Below, in pieces: positions 24,509-40,033 of a stretch of 64,000 nucleotides of DNA; the stretch's first letter is position 1, and each line of letters starts with the position of its first letter. The notes under the pieces were generated by a model. The model did not search any database. It was not told the origin of the DNA and saw only the letters and a list, made by a program, of their open reading frames with translations. The DNA is taken from positions 25,978,001 to 26,042,000 of the forward strand of contig NC_043008.1 in NCBI RefSeq assembly GCF_006345805.1. The letters are read 5' to 3'. The translations under genes were made by a program, and so were the position numbers. This DNA comes from Octopus sinensis (lineage: Eukaryota).

Positions 24509-24906
24509 AGTTATGACGTTCATAAAAAATAAAATGCAAAATGTTTTGTTTTTTGTTTTTGAAAGACACTATATTTTATAATCGTAGTATATATACTTTA
24601 GTGAAAATCATGCAAGTGTTAATCTACAAATTTAACAACATTTTTTCCATTCATTTCTGTTTATGAACATGTAAGCTTGCACAAACCATGCAATAGGTGT
24701 ACGTACGTACGTGTGTGTATGTGTGTTCGTGTCTGTTGCTCATATATATTCATATTATATTATATATATATATAATATATATAACTTATTTCAACGGATT
24801 TCACCCAAATTTGACATCTATGTTACTTAGTTTGATTTTAAATAAAGAACTTGATTAGCTTAATAATCGTAACTTAATCCCGGGCAAGGCCGGATTATAC
24901 TGCTAG
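24011..24906 (+). mobile_element. Non-autonomous Helitron-like copy 2, head-to-tail with copy 1
   Basis: Starts TC immediately after the CTAG of copy 1; ends atcccgggcaaggccggat hairpin + tatactgCTAG|T; internal duplication of about 125 bp and a (GA)n expansion. Confidence 0.8.
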
Positions 24907-25019
24907 TATAATATATAACATAAATTTTTTTTGTAAATATGTCTTGTAGTTCATGTATTGATATAGTAAAACTTTATTGATCTGTCTAACTTGCTTAGCC
25001 CTACATTTATATATGTGTA

Positions 25020-25055
<36 letters not shown>

Positions 25056-25140
25056 AAATCAAAAAGGAAAAATTCAGTTGTCACTGATTGTGACTGATGT
25101 GCTAGGTAGCACCCCTCTTTCTCGCTCTCTCTCTCTCTCT

Positions 25141-25302
25141 ATGTATGTATGTATGTATGTATGTATGTATGTATGTATGTATGTATGTATGTATGTATGT
25201 ATGTATGTATGTATGTATGTATGTATGTATGTATCTATCTATCTATCTATCTATCTTTCTATCTATCTATCTATCTATATCTATCTATCTATCTATATAT
25301 AT

Positions 25303-25336
<34 letters not shown>
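25141..25336. repeat. Compound (ATGT)n-(ATCT)n-(TA)n microsatellite
   Basis: Direct inspection. Confidence 0.97.
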
Positions 25337-25339
<3 letters not shown>

Positions 25340-28292
25340 GATGATGATAGGCACAGGTGTTGCTGTGTGGTAAGAAGTTAGCCTCCAAACCACATGGTCT
25401 TAGGTTCAGTTCCACTGAATGCCACTTCAACCAGGTGTCTTCTACTGTGCCCCTGGGCCAACCGAAGCTTGTGAGTGGATTATGGCAGATGGAAACTGAA
25501 AGAATCCCATTGAATATATTTGTATGTATGTATTTTGTGTGTTACTGTCTCCTTCCTTTAACTTCATGTGTTACTTGTATATGAAACTCACCATCATGCA
25601 AATAGTGTCATCCTTTATATCCAATCTTCTGTGAAAGCATGTCTAGTTATTGGGAATATTATGTTGGCTGAAAACATGTGAGGGTTGGCAATTGAAAGGG
25701 CATTTGGCTGTAGAAGATCTGCTCAACAGATTTCATTTTACCCATGCAAGCACAGAAATAGGAACTTAAAATGATGATGATGACATCTACAGTTTAGTTA
25801 TAAGATTTCATTACAATCAAGGCATATCAGAAATGTCTAAGTACAATAACATAGAGCTCACAGTGAGGTAAACAATGTTGAAGACATCAAATACTGAAAG
25901 GATACTGAAAGTATGACCCTGCCACTGCTGGTTTCACATAAAAAGCATCCAGTCCACACTGTAAAGTGGTTGGTGTTAGGAAGGGCATCCAGCCGTAAAA
26001 ACTTTGCCAAAACAGATAGTGAAGCCTGGTGCAGTCTTCTGCCTAAATAGCTCCTCTCAAACCATCCAACCCATGCCAGCATTTAAGATGGCTGTTAAAT
26101 AATGCTAATGATGATGATGATTATGATGATGTTAAAAGAGAACCCACTTATCATCAATGATGAGCAAAAGGCAACTTTTTGATTAAGCAGAGAAGTAGTC
26201 AGATGATGAGAGACCATCTGACCAAGTTTAGACATTTTGCCAAGTTCATGAAGGTATTTTATAATTAAAGTGTGTGTTGAACTATACTGTTTTGCTAATT
26301 GTCATGAAATTGATGATGATAATGATGATATATCTGTGTGTGTCTGTGTTTATGTTTACATCAATCTGAAAACAAGCACTGTTGTCTGTGTGGTAATTTT
26401 CTATGTTCTGTAATGAACCTTCAACAAATAGAGATCATTAAACTAAGTATCATTCTAACACAATTACAAAGATAAATATAATCAATTACAACTTTTGAGG
26501 GTTTTACTCCTGCACAACCACAATCCAATGATGAAAGCCAGTAAAAGAATAACAGAATATAAAATCTGTCTAATCTTCCTACTGTTCCACATCCCATTTT
26601 TCTTCAGATTCTGCTATTACTTCTGTTACAGTTTAAATTACGTCCTCCGAGTTAATGGTTGAGAGAGAATTTGGGCAGTTGTATATTGTTTGAGAACTTG
26701 CTATTACTTTAAGATGTTCTGTTTTCTGATAAACATGCAACTCTAAAACAGAAGAAGAATTTGTTTGTAAACCAGAGACAAATAATTTTGTGCTCTTTAC
26801 AGAAGCACTTAGCCAAAGTTGTAGTATTATAACTTGAACTCATGACCATACAGACAAATTTCTTTACCTGCTACATAGCTGTCAATAAATTTACTGAGTT
26901 TTGAGAGCATCCTTGTTGTGCTAAATGAACACTATAAAAGACATGTTTGGTATTTCATAAAAGATCAGTCATCTTTCATTTCATATCAGTAGTACATTTG
27001 ATTACAATTTCCCAAATGGTGAAATGGCTTTTGACAGACAATTGTTGCTTTCTTTAACCATACTGAAATTTAATTTATCTTCTTGTTCAAGGGATTTACA
27101 TAAGATATGTTATTTTTATAAGCTATTCTTGATTTTAAATGCTGCTTGTTGGTTAAGCTGAAAGATCATTTCTGATTTTACTGTGTTTATGGTGTGTTCA
27201 AAGCAAAACTATTGAAAACCTCTTGATAGCTAATTACATATCAGTTTCAGATATTGGAATACATTTCCTTTATGCAACAAATTGTAGGCTTTGGAAGTTG
27301 TAAAGTATTTTTTTTATCAGTTCAATACTTGATTTGAATGCAAAGATGGCTATCTGAGAAAGTATCAATGGAAATTGCTCTGAATAGAATAATGCTAGGT
27401 CGAAAGCATAGCCCTGTTTAACACTTTCTCACATTTAGATTCTCATTACCATTATATCTAGGATATCATGCCATCATGAAAATTCCTAATTATCCTAACA
27501 CATTTGTCAAGACAAATAGATTTCATTATCTTCCAATGAAATCTGTTGACAAGATTAAACACTTTTATCAGATCTATAAATGTGGGATGCAAATTGCCAA
27601 TTTACTTGTGGAAGTTAAGTACTATTTACTAAAGACTGAATATTAAGTGTACTGGTTTACATCTGTTGCAGAAACCACAGTAATATTCTTGCTCTACAGG
27701 CTTACTTAAGAGAGTTAGTAACACAAGATCTAAATTCTTCTCAGTTATTCATAAAATTGAAAAAATGCTATGATGATTGTTACATGACAGTTTGTTACCT
27801 ACACACTAAAAGAAAAAGAAAATTTAATGATGGAAACATATAAAGTTTTCAAGAACTTTATTTTTGTGCTGTACAAAATCGATTATTTTGCATCAATCAC
27901 TGATTCCTTAAACCACTAATTAGTGTCCAAGTTGTAGAATTTTCAATAAAGTTCTAATTCCAGATTTTACTAGTCTTATTGAAATTAGCTGCTTTTATAA
28001 ATATGTATCTCAGCCTTGGAACTAATTTCAGAATTATTAATTCAATTCAATTATAGTTTTTAATCTATGTTTACTAAAACAAAAAATCTTTTAATAAAGT
28101 AAACTAAGCAGACTAATCAATGAATTCCTAACTTGCATCAAAGAAGTCAAGGCATATTATCTACTGCAACATAAGCATATATTAAGAGAATCAACTAACT
28201 TCTTACTCTGCAGAAAATAAATACATTTTAAATTCTAACTTCTCTATATCTAAATGTTCACAGAATGTCCAGTAACTCATACATAAATATGC

Positions 28293-28337
<45 letters not shown>

Positions 28338-28386
28338 ATATATATATATGTATATATATATGCATATATATGTACATACATATATA

Positions 28387-28463
<77 letters not shown>

Positions 28464-31400
28464 TGTGTATATGTTTGTGTGTCTGTGTTTGTCCCCCCCA
28501 ATATTGCTTGACAACCGATGCTGGTGTGTTTATGTCCCCGTCACTTAGTAGTTCGGCAAAAGAGACCGATAGAATAAGTACTAGGCTTCCAAAGAATAAG
28601 TCTTGAAGTCAATTTGCTCGACTAAAGGCGGTGCTGCAGCATGGCTGCAATCAAATGACTGAAACAAGTAAAAGAGTAAAAAAGTAAAAGAGTAAAAAAG
28701 TAAAAGACCATTTTACCCAGTATGCTATTGACACTGACAGCTCACCACCTTTTGCATTAATGTTATATATATTTATAAAAGAAGCTGGTTTTAATAAGTG
28801 CAACATGAACTGAAATTGCATGTCTCTGTAACTTTTAATTAATTAGGATGGAGGTCATTAGTTGTAACATATATTTTTGTGTAGCATATCTCGGGAAAGT
28901 CAATTTATTAAAACCATTTCCTCCCATTCTCATTCACAGAAATAAGAGGAATTAGTTTGATCACTAGAAGCTTACCAATATTTTGCCAATGACATAGAGC
29001 AACATATACTTGCGGCAATGAATGGGTTCCAGTCTATAGTATCTATTTACATCTCAGTAGACTGAACCATTTAGCAGCTAAAATATACTGACTTTGAATA
29101 CAAAAGAATACTGATGATGGTATAGAAATGATGAGAGATTTCATTGTGAAGTCTGACACCTTTGCAAACTTATGCAGAATATGTGCCACTTTTCCATAAT
29201 ACATGAATTTGCTATGCAGATACGTTATAAAGATGTAATCCTGAAATACTTCCTGGGTGTTACAATGTTATAATTATCTATAGAGCAAGAAAATCATTAC
29301 AGAGATAGCAAAATTATTAAGGACAAAAATAAAAATAAAAAGCTGTTAATAAAATCTACAAAATTTGATGCACTGATATAGAAGTACTCTTTCGATCATA
29401 TATATCAAGTCAAAGATGATTGCTAACATTTCTCTTAAATGTGCTAAAATACTGTTTTGTGCGTATATTTTGGCTTACTTATTAGTTTTCATTGTTCATA
29501 TTAAGAAAGAGTATTACAAGAAAAATAGCTTATTACTGGAATAGGTTTTTGCACTCAACTAGCATTCAGTCACACTTAAGTGAATTTGATAATATTACCA
29601 ATTTTCGTAATTGATGACAAATCAGATCTTTTAAAGATAATGCAAGAATTGATGTATTTTTTTCTGTGAGGTATAATTTCGTTATCTGATAACCTAAAAT
29701 GATACTGTTTAAGACACTTAGTAAATGTCTCATAATGGTTAAGACCAAAGAACAGTAAGGTAAGAATACAAATACACACACACATGCACACACACTCATA
29801 TATATATGTACATACACACACACACGCATATATATGTGTACAAACATGTGTGTGTGTGTGTGTGTGTGCATATAGATAGATAAGATAGAGATGTGAATAA
29901 ATAAAAACAGAAAGGAAATGATCAAACCATGGAATTTGGCAAATTAATATAATGTAAAAGTTTTTTCTATCAATGAATATTAATGAATATATTTCTTTCA
30001 GGTTAAAGACAAAATGTTATTACTAAAAATTATATAATCTAATGTATCTTCATTTCTCTGCCCCTCTCCCTCAAATACTACTGACAAGATGCTATTACTG
30101 ATCATACCAGAGTTTTGGTGAACTATAGTAATTATTTTTCTGCTTTTGTTCCTATTTATCAATATATATAAAAAAATACAGACCTGTTGCATTTCTGGTC
30201 ATTATCAGATAAATGTATGTGTATGGTATAACCAGCAAGTAACAGAAACTTGGACGTTTATTTCTCTCTTCTACTATCAGAATGTTTCTTTTCTCTTTGT
30301 AAAATTACTACCATCTTGTCATGTTTCGTAGATAATGTCAGAAATAGCTATCAAGCACATATCTAGTCATTTACTTTTTATCCTCATGCATTGAATATAA
30401 ATGCTATTTCTATGAAATTCATTGATTCATTTAAATACATTTCCTGGCCCCATGAGAGCTGTACACATTCATTTTAATAGAATCATTATTAGTTCTTCAA
30501 GGGCAATAAAAATGTATTCCTATGAATTCTTTTAAAAAAATTGGATGAGGAATTAATATCTCCTTGATATAAATATATTTTTGGTGTATGGAAGTCTGAT
30601 GAAGGTGACAGTGAAGTAACAAAAGAAAATATGGCTTAGTTTTCTTTCAATTCTTAATATTAAAGCCAATATCTAATTCCCTTGAGATACAAATAGTTCC
30701 AAAGTAATTTTCTTATTAATGTACTTATTTGAAAATACTAATAGCAAAAAATATTTCAAACTTTCGAAACATCTCAAGAATAGTCATGGCTTAGGTGATA
30801 ATCTGACAGCTCCTAAGTTAAACTGAAAGAGAGAATTAGAAAGCAGAGATGGCATTTTTAAAAGAAATTGTAAACATTGATTGCCAGAGAGCATACATCT
30901 ATGTTACATTTAAAACAGACTATTTCAGATAGGGGATATAAAAAAATATATTTGTCTGTCTCATTCCTGTATTTGAGTCAGTGACTGAAGCAAAGTAGTT
31001 AATGCAGAAAGACGTGGAGTCAATTGCAACCATTTACTCAGCATTGATTCTTATTCATATATATTTAGTATCTTTATTGACAGATTAAATACAACTATAA
31101 ATGTTTCTCTCATCACTAGAGCCATGTTGTTTCTGAACAAAATCTCCTATACTCTATCTCCCTGTTTAGATATCGTAAAGTTGAAAATAGTAATAATTTA
31201 ATGTTAGAATACAATAAGCACAACTAATCAGTTGTTTACTGATATGCTGTTTTAAGCGTAAAATTTCTTGTTACAAAAATGAAATCGAAATTAAAGAATG
31301 TTATTCTTAAAAATCAGACAATATTTATCAGATTAAATAGGAGAGATCAACAGTCAGTTATTTCTTATTATTTCTCAATATTTTTCTTATGTTTAATCAA

Positions 31401-32540
31401 TATAAAATTAACAATCAAATGAAAATGGAACTATGACATGCATAAAAACAAAGCTAACACACTGACAAAATAGTTATTTATTTCTCTAATCTATAGGTTA
31501 GATATTGTACTGTATGCTCTTTCTAAGTGACTTAGCATATTAAACATGTTAGGGTCTCTACCTCTGTCAAGAGCAATCTTGCTATCCCCTCTCTCTCTCT
31601 CTTTTTATCTCTATCTATCTATCTTTCTCCTTCTCTCCCTCTCTCTTTCTCCTTCTCTCTCTCTCTCTTCAGCTATGCTTCTCATTCCCCATTAGTTTCT
31701 TTCTCCCTTTTTCACTCTTCTTTTTCAGTTTCAGTATGCACCCCCACCACACTCGCACAACAATCTACAAATGAAAATAGATGTACATTCTATAATACTT
31801 GTATATCATAGCAAGTGATATGAAAATTCTTGGTAAGACATATCAGCTTGCCAGTTTTCATTGTCAAGTGAAACTAATTCCCAAAGAACTTGTCAAAAAA
31901 AAAAAATTAATAAAAAGTATCAGCAGTCATTCCTGTGCCATGAATTTGGGAAACCAGCTCATAAGGTTAGTTTCTTGGATTCTGTGACTTTTATATTTTC
32001 ATCTCAATGGAATACTGGTCTGTTGAAGGATTATTCATCTTTGAGCTAAGGGGACTGGAACAACATGAAATGAAGTGTTTTACTGAAGACCACAATGGGT
32101 TGCCCAGTCCAGGAATTGAAACCACAATTTTACAGTCATGTCTGCAACACCCTAAACATCTCCAGCATAGATCCTGTATTAGGCATAAATGTATACTCAA
32201 GCATTTCTAGTCCTAAATCTAATTGTGAAAAGGTAAGGAATATTAATGCTACATATATTGTTAGATTTGCTGCGTTATACATGGCATACTTACAGTAAGT
32301 ATATAGTGTGGTTCATATATACATTTATATGTATGTAGTAATATTCATATTCTTTTACTTTCATTGCTTGGCTTGCAGCCATAATATCAACCTTGGTACT
32401 TATTTTAAAGTTTTGCATTTATGGTATTTATTTTGGTGACCTCTGTCACCCTTTTAAGTTATGAGACATAAACACAGGCACTGTTTTGCAGCAGACTGTG
32501 TCAGAGTAAAGGCAGTCATAAAGACTGGCTCTTGCAACCT

Positions 32541-32581
<41 letters not shown>

Positions 32582-35176
32582 TATGAGCTTCTTAACAAGT
32601 TATTGACAAAAACACTTACCCAAACCACTACCCAATGGGACTAACCCAAAGACTACGTGGTTGCAAAGCAAACCTCTCAGCTACATGGCTATAATTTCAG
32701 TCATAATATTTTGTTTCAAATTTTGGCACAAGGCCAACAATCCCAAGCAAAGACCTCTCCCCCACACACACAGAGCAAAAGGATGGAACACAAAGTCAAC
32801 CTTGGAAGAATTTGAACTCAGAATGCAAAGATGGATGAAATGCTGCTAAATATTTTGGTTGGCATGCTAATGATTCTGCCAGCTCACTGCCTCAACTCCA
32901 ATCATAATATTGGTTTCGAATTTTGGCACCAGGCCAGCAATTTCGGAGGAAGGGTAAGTCGAATGCATCGACACCTTTACTCAACTGGTACTTATTTTAT
33001 TGACCCTGAGAGGTTGAAAAGAAAAGTCAGCCTCAGCAGAATTTGAACTCAGAATGCAAAGACAGACAAAATGCCACTAAGCATTTTTCTCAATCTGCTA
33101 ATGATTCTGCCACCTCTTAACACTGGAACGCTTTGCATCCATCAGGATGATGGTACATATACACATGTGCATCTGTGTGAGTTTGTGTGTGTGATGCAGT
33201 CACTCACATGTGTTTGCATGTGTACCATTAATATGTACTTCAGCTCTCTGCATTAACTAACCTGCAACAAAGTTCAGATAAGACCTATGACTGAGTGTTG
33301 CTTCCTCACCTGGAATGGTGCTACAGATACACAAATAAACATCCTAGACTTCATTCAAGTAAGCCCGCTTGACTAATTGTCTTGAAGTCGCACACCAACA
33401 CACTTCACCCTCTACTTCTCACATAGTAGTATTTAAAGTTAGAGATTATCAACAGTTTAGCGTATGATATTATACAACTGAATTGATAATAAATGAACAG
33501 AATAATTTTTGTCAAATTTTAATTATAAAATCTGATTATAAGATGTTGCTAAAGTGCATATTTGCATTTTACTTGAAATTCTTTTAGAAACAATTCATAG
33601 AAAGCCATGTGTTTTTCTCTCCTATTCTCTCTCTCCCTCTCTCTTTCCCTCCCTCTCTCTCTCTCTTCTTCCCTCTCTCAATATTTTGTTTAAAACCTTA
33701 AGTCTATATCTATTGTATGAGATTGGAATTGTTTGCTCAGATTAACTTGGTACAAAAATGCTAAGCTGGATGTGCATGAGATGGATACATCTGCCACTTT
33801 AATATGTTAATGAATTATGTCAGAAGAAATTCAGTTAATTAAAATGTTAATCATTTATTGTGAGAAACAGAGCTTTTACACAGCTGGTGTCCATAATCAA
33901 TTTTCTGTCTATGCTTGTGTGATATAACATTGTAATTAAGGATAGAGGATATTTCAGATCAGGATAATTGTCTAAAAATATATGACATAATTTTAAACGA
34001 GTGTGAATATATCTTATATTTTATTATGTTGTCATTTCCTGTATTTCAAGATAGATTAATTCAATTTTATAAACTTTGTGAAAGACAAAAGAGCTATCAA
34101 CTCATTTGGGTTTCTCTGCTTGTCTCCCTTCCTTTCTTGCATGCAAAATAGTTTTAGTTATGTAAAATTCCCATCAATGGGAAATTAAAATTCTTTTCTC
34201 TTTTTTAGACTGAAATAAATATTCATTACTTCAAGCTACTTTATATTGGTTATTCCCTTTCTTCATAGTTGAGATATTTTAGTTATTGGTTTTACAGTTG
34301 AGCACCTTCTATATTGTTAACTACTCAATTGTGAATTAGGATCAGAATCTGATATTCAGATAAGTAAAACAAGTTAAAAATTGCTTTTCAGAGAGATTCA
34401 ATAAAAGATCATTAAACTCATATGCTTGAGATCAATAGTTTCTTAACCTTTCCTTATAGTCATTGTATTTCTATTTCCAGGCTATTATTCAGCCATTATT
34501 ATGAAAACTTTTAGCCATCAATAAATCATAGTCCAGATATGACAGAGATAGTACTTTATTTATTTGCATATTTTGGTAAACATTACAGTATCAAGTTTTA
34601 ATACACTTCAAATTTTTTATCCTTTATCTTTTACTTGTTTCAATCATTAAACTGTGGCCATGCTGGGGCACCATCTTTAAGAATTTTTAGTTGAATAAAT
34701 TGATCCCAGTACTATTTTTTCTTTTGAGTCAGCTAGTTATTCTATCAATCGCTTTTGCAGAACCACTAAGTTATGGGTACATAAACACACCAACACTAGT
34801 TGTCAAGCAGTGACAGGGGACAAACACAGACACAGACAGACAGACAGACATACACACACGCACTCACATACACACATACAATGAGCTTCTTTTAGTTTCT
34901 GTTTACCAAATCCACTCACAAGGATTTTGGATGATCCGAGGTTATAGTAGAAGACACTTGCCCAAGGTGCCATATAGTGGGACTGAACCCAGAACCATGT
35001 GGTAAGAAAACAAGCTTATTACCACACAGCCACATATATTTTTAGACAAAATATTGTCTCCAGCTCTGAAAAGGTGCATCCATCTCAGTTAATGTTACAT
35101 GTTAAGCAAGTCACAATATTCATCTACCAAGTGTTTCCAGGTTGTTAATTAACTATGATATCTATGTTCTACTTAC

Positions 35177-35275
35177 CTTCTTTCTTTGCTGATTCTGTAT
35201 TCTGGAAAATAGAATGTGGTAAATGCCTTTTCTCACCCATTCTGCATTCAAACTCATAAAAACTATTGATGTTTT
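35177..35275 (-). other. Candidate host exon (99 nt, phase 1-1)
   Basis: tag|..AG|gtaagt boundaries; open frame (E)NINSFYEFECRMGEKRHLPHSIFQNTESAKKE. No protein family recognised. Confidence 0.3.
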
Positions 35276-36374
35276 CTATAGACCAGAGTTTTACATTTAA
35301 AATATGCTTGCCAAGATACTAGCTCACACTTAAAGACACGACTGAAAAATTATTTTTCATCAGTTATCTAAATTATGGTAAGAAAAACATTAAGTTTTAT
35401 CTTTGATTCAGTTGTAAGCAGACATATATAAAAAGAAGATTTGAATATTTTTCCATCTTTATAAAGTACTTCTAAAAATTTATCCTACTTCTTATCTTAG
35501 CAATTATGTCAAAGAACTTAAAATTGATTTTATAAGAAGAAATGCAATCCTCAACATTAGCAACATTCTCATTGTCATTGTCCTCCTCCTCATTCTTCTT
35601 GTCATCATCATCATCATCATCATCATCGCCACTGTTGCCATCAGCTTCGTCATTTTACAATTGTTTTCTCAACTGTTTTCCCCTAACCTGCATGCATTGG
35701 ATTTGTTGTGGCCTCTCAGCAATTTTGTGAGATCAGCAACAGGAGAACAGCCCTTACAGCATCTTTCTATATTTTCCCTGGTCACTCATCCAGCAGTTTC
35801 ACAGTTCTTCAACCAAATACTAATTTCAAATGTTGGCACCAGGCCAGTGATTTTTGGGGAGAGGGTAGGTTGATTACACTGACCCCAGTGCTTGACATGT
35901 TTATTTTATTAACCTCGAAAGAACAAAAGGCAAAGTCAACCCTGGCAGAATTTGAATCAGAATGTAAAGATGGACAAACCGCTGCTAAGCATTTAACCAA
36001 TGCTCACCACTTTCTCTCCAACCAAATATTAGCTTTCATACCCATCATATGTTCTTACTAGGTTCTTTTTCAACTGATTCCTCTTATGCTTGTTTTTTTT
36101 TCAGTTTCTACCCCCATGTGCTCCAGCTAACATCACACATCTAACAGAGACTGCTTACTTCATTCCTTTCTAAGTTTTGCACTCATTCAGACAGTAAGCA
36201 CATCTATCTACTCTTAAAAAAAACTCTTTGGATTTAATGCTCATATGGCTCAGGCAGAATTTTAAGGCAGACTTTTAGAGTCAGATGCCCTTCCTGTTAC
36301 CAAACCATAAATGTTTCCAGGTAAGGTAAGATTTGGAATGAAAGATACTGCTTTCAGTTCTTGTAGTAATGATG

Positions 36375-37205
36375 GTGGAGAATATCGACTCCTTACTTGT
36401 TTTTCTAAAATACACCATAAATGTTCAATAATATTGAGATCTGGGGACTGTGGTGGTCAGATACGATGTTCAACTTCACTAGAATGTTCCTCATGTCATT
36501 CAGCAACAACTTAAGCTGTGTGAATTGGTGCATTATTGTGTTTCCCTCTGGAAACAGTTCTGAAACCATAGGATGAATTTAATCAGATAAAATGCTTAAA
36601 TAGTCATGACTATTAATTCTGCCATGAAGGTAAACCATTGGCCAATGGATTTCCAAGATATAGCCCCCCCAGATCATCACAGAACATCCTCCATGTTTAA
36701 CAGTAGAAATGCTTCTTTTGGTTGTCTCCACATTTATACTCAGATGGTGGTTGGATATAAGATAAAGGATGACTTGTCCGAGAAAATAACATTCTTCCAC
36801 TGCTCTAGGGACCAATTCTGTAGGTTTTTACTCCACTCTAAACGCATTCCAATGTTTGTTTTTGAAAGTAGTGGTTTTCTGATTGCAGCCCTCCCATGAA
36901 ATTTGGCTTTGTGTAGCTCCCAGCAAATAGTTTTGTGGAGACTGGGTTCTCAAGGTGATCATGAAGCTCTGCAGTAATTTTGGGAGCTGTACTTTTGTGA
37001 TCCTTTCTAACAATTGGTGTAAGAATCCGATGGACCCTATTTGGTTTTTTTCTGGAGTTTTGTTTCAATGAGGAGGTTTTTCCCTCTTTCTCAAAGGCTG
37101 TCATTACTTTCGAGACAGTACTTCTTGATAGACTAAACATTTTGGCTACTTTTGTTATGCTAGCGCCTGCCATACAAGCACCAACAATTTGACCTCTTTG
37201 TATTT
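36375..37205 (-). pseudogene. Tc1-like transposase fragment
   Basis: RGQIVGACMAGASITKVAKMFSLSRSTVSKVMTAFEKEGKTSS..TAPKITAEL; TVKHGGCSVMIWG; SPDLNIIEHLWCILEKQVRSR. TIRs not seen. Confidence 0.88.
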
Positions 37206-37206
37206 C

Positions 37207-37530
37207 AATATTTTGGTATTATGACCTCTTCTTCAGGACATTTGGAAAACGTGGTAGTCGGAAAAAGTTGTTGCTTAGATGTGTGGGGTAGAAAGGAGGA
37301 AGGAAGAAGGTGGTATGTGCATACTGGTGTTGCTACAGCAACCAGTCTGCTTCATGTACTTCCTTCCTGTTGTTAATGGCTGGTTTCAATTTGTTGATGA
37401 GGAGGGCCTCCATAATTCTGAAATTGCCCTTGTTGCATTTGGCTGTTCCAAAGAAAACTTAAAAATTCAGGGTTTGGTACTTCTTTAGGTGTTTCTTTAT
37501 TGAGGTATCTTTTATATGGATATGCAATTT
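37207..37530 (-). mobile_element. Short PLE 3' remnant (GIY-YIG C-terminus + possible pLTR)
   Basis: Minus strand IKDTSIKKHL..NFRIMEALLINKLKPAINNRKE, then low-complexity sequence and a CTGAAGA core with a decayed stem at 37207-37242. Confidence 0.45.
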
Positions 37531-38049
37531 CCTAAAGTGCAGGTATGGATGTTTGTACATATATGTGTGTGTGTATATATTGTTGTATATTTATATACCT
37601 TGTTTCTATATGTTTTATATGTGTGTATGAATTGATGAACATGCATGCATGAATCTGAATATGTGTATGTTTATGTGTATGTGCCTGCATTCATATTCAT
37701 CTGCAAACTCCTTTTTACATGCACAAATGTGCTTATACCCTTAACTTTTCCTTATTTGTGTATTCTTTATTTATTTCTCTACTTATTTGTGGAAAAGGCA
37801 TTACAGGCTAAGTATCTGAACATTTTGCATCATCTATGTGACGTTGTAATTGTCATTATAATTTGTTTCAGAGCAATCTGGAAGTGCCATTATCATTGTT
37901 ATGTAAACTTATGACCCTTTCACTTGCAAAAAGTTTGTTAAGTGCCAAAACCTGAAACTCTCAGCCGTTGAGTAACTCAGTAACTTCTGCCAATTATTAA
38001 TAAAAATATTAGCAATATTACAAATGCTATAGCTTTAGTGAAATAAATG

Positions 38050-39270
38050 TGATATTTGGCATTAGAATATTGGACCAGATCAATGAAACTGGGCAAATTT
38101 AAATGACAGTACATGTTTCTAATGCAGACTAACAAGTTTTCTTAACTCCGTGCTTTAACAACCACGTTGCTGATGATTAACAAACTATTAGTAATTCTGG
38201 ATAAAATTATTTGTTATGAAAAATGTAGTTTGTTTACTTCAACTTGAAAAGTATTTTGAATATTGCCATAAATATGAAATTCAAGGAAATTGATCCTAAG
38301 TTCCACAGATACCAGCATTTAAAGATGTTGAAACTATTAGATTTGAAATCTAAACAAATTATAAAGCTTTCATTATTGAAGTTCCTTCATAATTTGAAGA
38401 AATGCTAATTTCTTTCTAATTAGTTGAGTTAATGTTACCTTCCAGGCATATACTCTTTTGGATTAGTCTTGAAACAAAAATTATTCAAAATTAAATTAAT
38501 ATTAGGAAATAAGGATGTTAATCTTTTGATGAAAATAGTTCTAAGTGATGGAAAATAACTGGAAGAAAAAATCTAAGTTGCCAATATATTTGATAAAATA
38601 TTGTAAGATTTTTCATCTTCTAATTTATATCCACTTAATATCATTGCTTTGATAATTTCCTGTATCTAATTTTATGAAATATCCTGATTTTGAAAGACAT
38701 CTTTATATATATATTTTTTCTTTTCTTAACTTCTCATGCAAACTGCTAAATTTTTTTAATAAGTATAATTTTTCAAGAGAAACATTGTAAAAGTTGCCCT
38801 AGAAATAATTGCTATCCTACTAGCCAAAGAGTTCATGATTTCAATCCCATCACTAATACTGGAATATATCTCTTGAAAAAATACTGCATCAACAATGGGC
38901 ATATCCTTTGCATTGCAGCGCTTAACTCTAAGCATTACATTGTGGTGCTCAATGTAATAAAAATGGCTTTATCTTTCTATGAATACTGCATTAAAAAATC
39001 TGTGTCATGAGATCAAAAATCCCCATATGAGAAATGATGTTTTATATTCTAGTCTTGACATCTTGTGTGAGCTAACCCCTCATGAGGAGGGGAACTTCAA
39101 GGTGCAGATAGACAGCAACAAGATATGTGCAATAACAGAAAAAGCAGTGAGGGGAAAAAAACAAACTCATTTTGGTCACATGACAACTTTCGTTGAAAAA
39201 GTCCAAATGCTAGAAAATATTTATTCCTACTTAAATGTGGATGTTCTGTTAGTACAAACTTTACTGTGGT
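38050..39270 (-). pseudogene. Possible highly decayed hAT transposase
   Basis: Only scattered weak resemblance (HRFF.., YPELL..SATWL); no clean motif. Confidence 0.2.
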
Positions 39271-40033
39271 AATACTGCTTCTATCACTAATATATATTAT
39301 TAGAAAAAACGCTGAAAGAAGAATAGTTCATGTCAGATTTTGAAGTTAAAGATGCAAATGAATCAAATGAATGAGGTTGTATCAGATGCAATTAAAAACA
39401 AAACAAATTATGCCAAAACTATGACTGAAAGGGAGAAACCATCTAGTAAACTAATGTCATCTTTATCGATATAATCTACGAATGATTCTGACAACATGAC
39501 AAAAGAAATAAGTCAAAGTCTTAAATACAAAATACAATGCTAAAGACAAAGCAACATCAAAATGGAACCATTCTTGTAAATTTCCTTGTAGACAAAGTCA
39601 GACAATGCCCTTGATGCATTGCCAAAGGATCAATTCGCTACAAAAATACAAGAAAAACTTTTACCGAAATTAATGTTACACCACATTGATCCTGAGGTCA
39701 TGAACAAAAACATTAGAAGTATGATACAGCTGTGATAAAAAAATTCCCCACAAATGGTTTCAATACACTTTTTAAAAGAAAAATTTGGAAGAATTAGAAA
39801 GTTTTCCAGTAATTTTCTTTCATGTAAAGAAAAGAACCATGATCAGGTTAAATCAATGATGGATGAGTTGCCACTCCTTCAAATTGTACATTTAAGGAAA
39901 CACAAAAATACAGAGATATTAATTATGTTCTTAAGTGTTCAGCAAATCTTGCAAACGAAACAGTGCAAAATGGCAGAATCTTTGCAGGTTTGAGAAGTTG
40001 CTACACGACTTAGCATTATCATGTTATATATGC

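Noticed and set aside
39300-39990. A-rich coding-like stretch, possibly a decayed DNA transposon
   Set aside because: No diagnostic motif or terminal repeat could be read.
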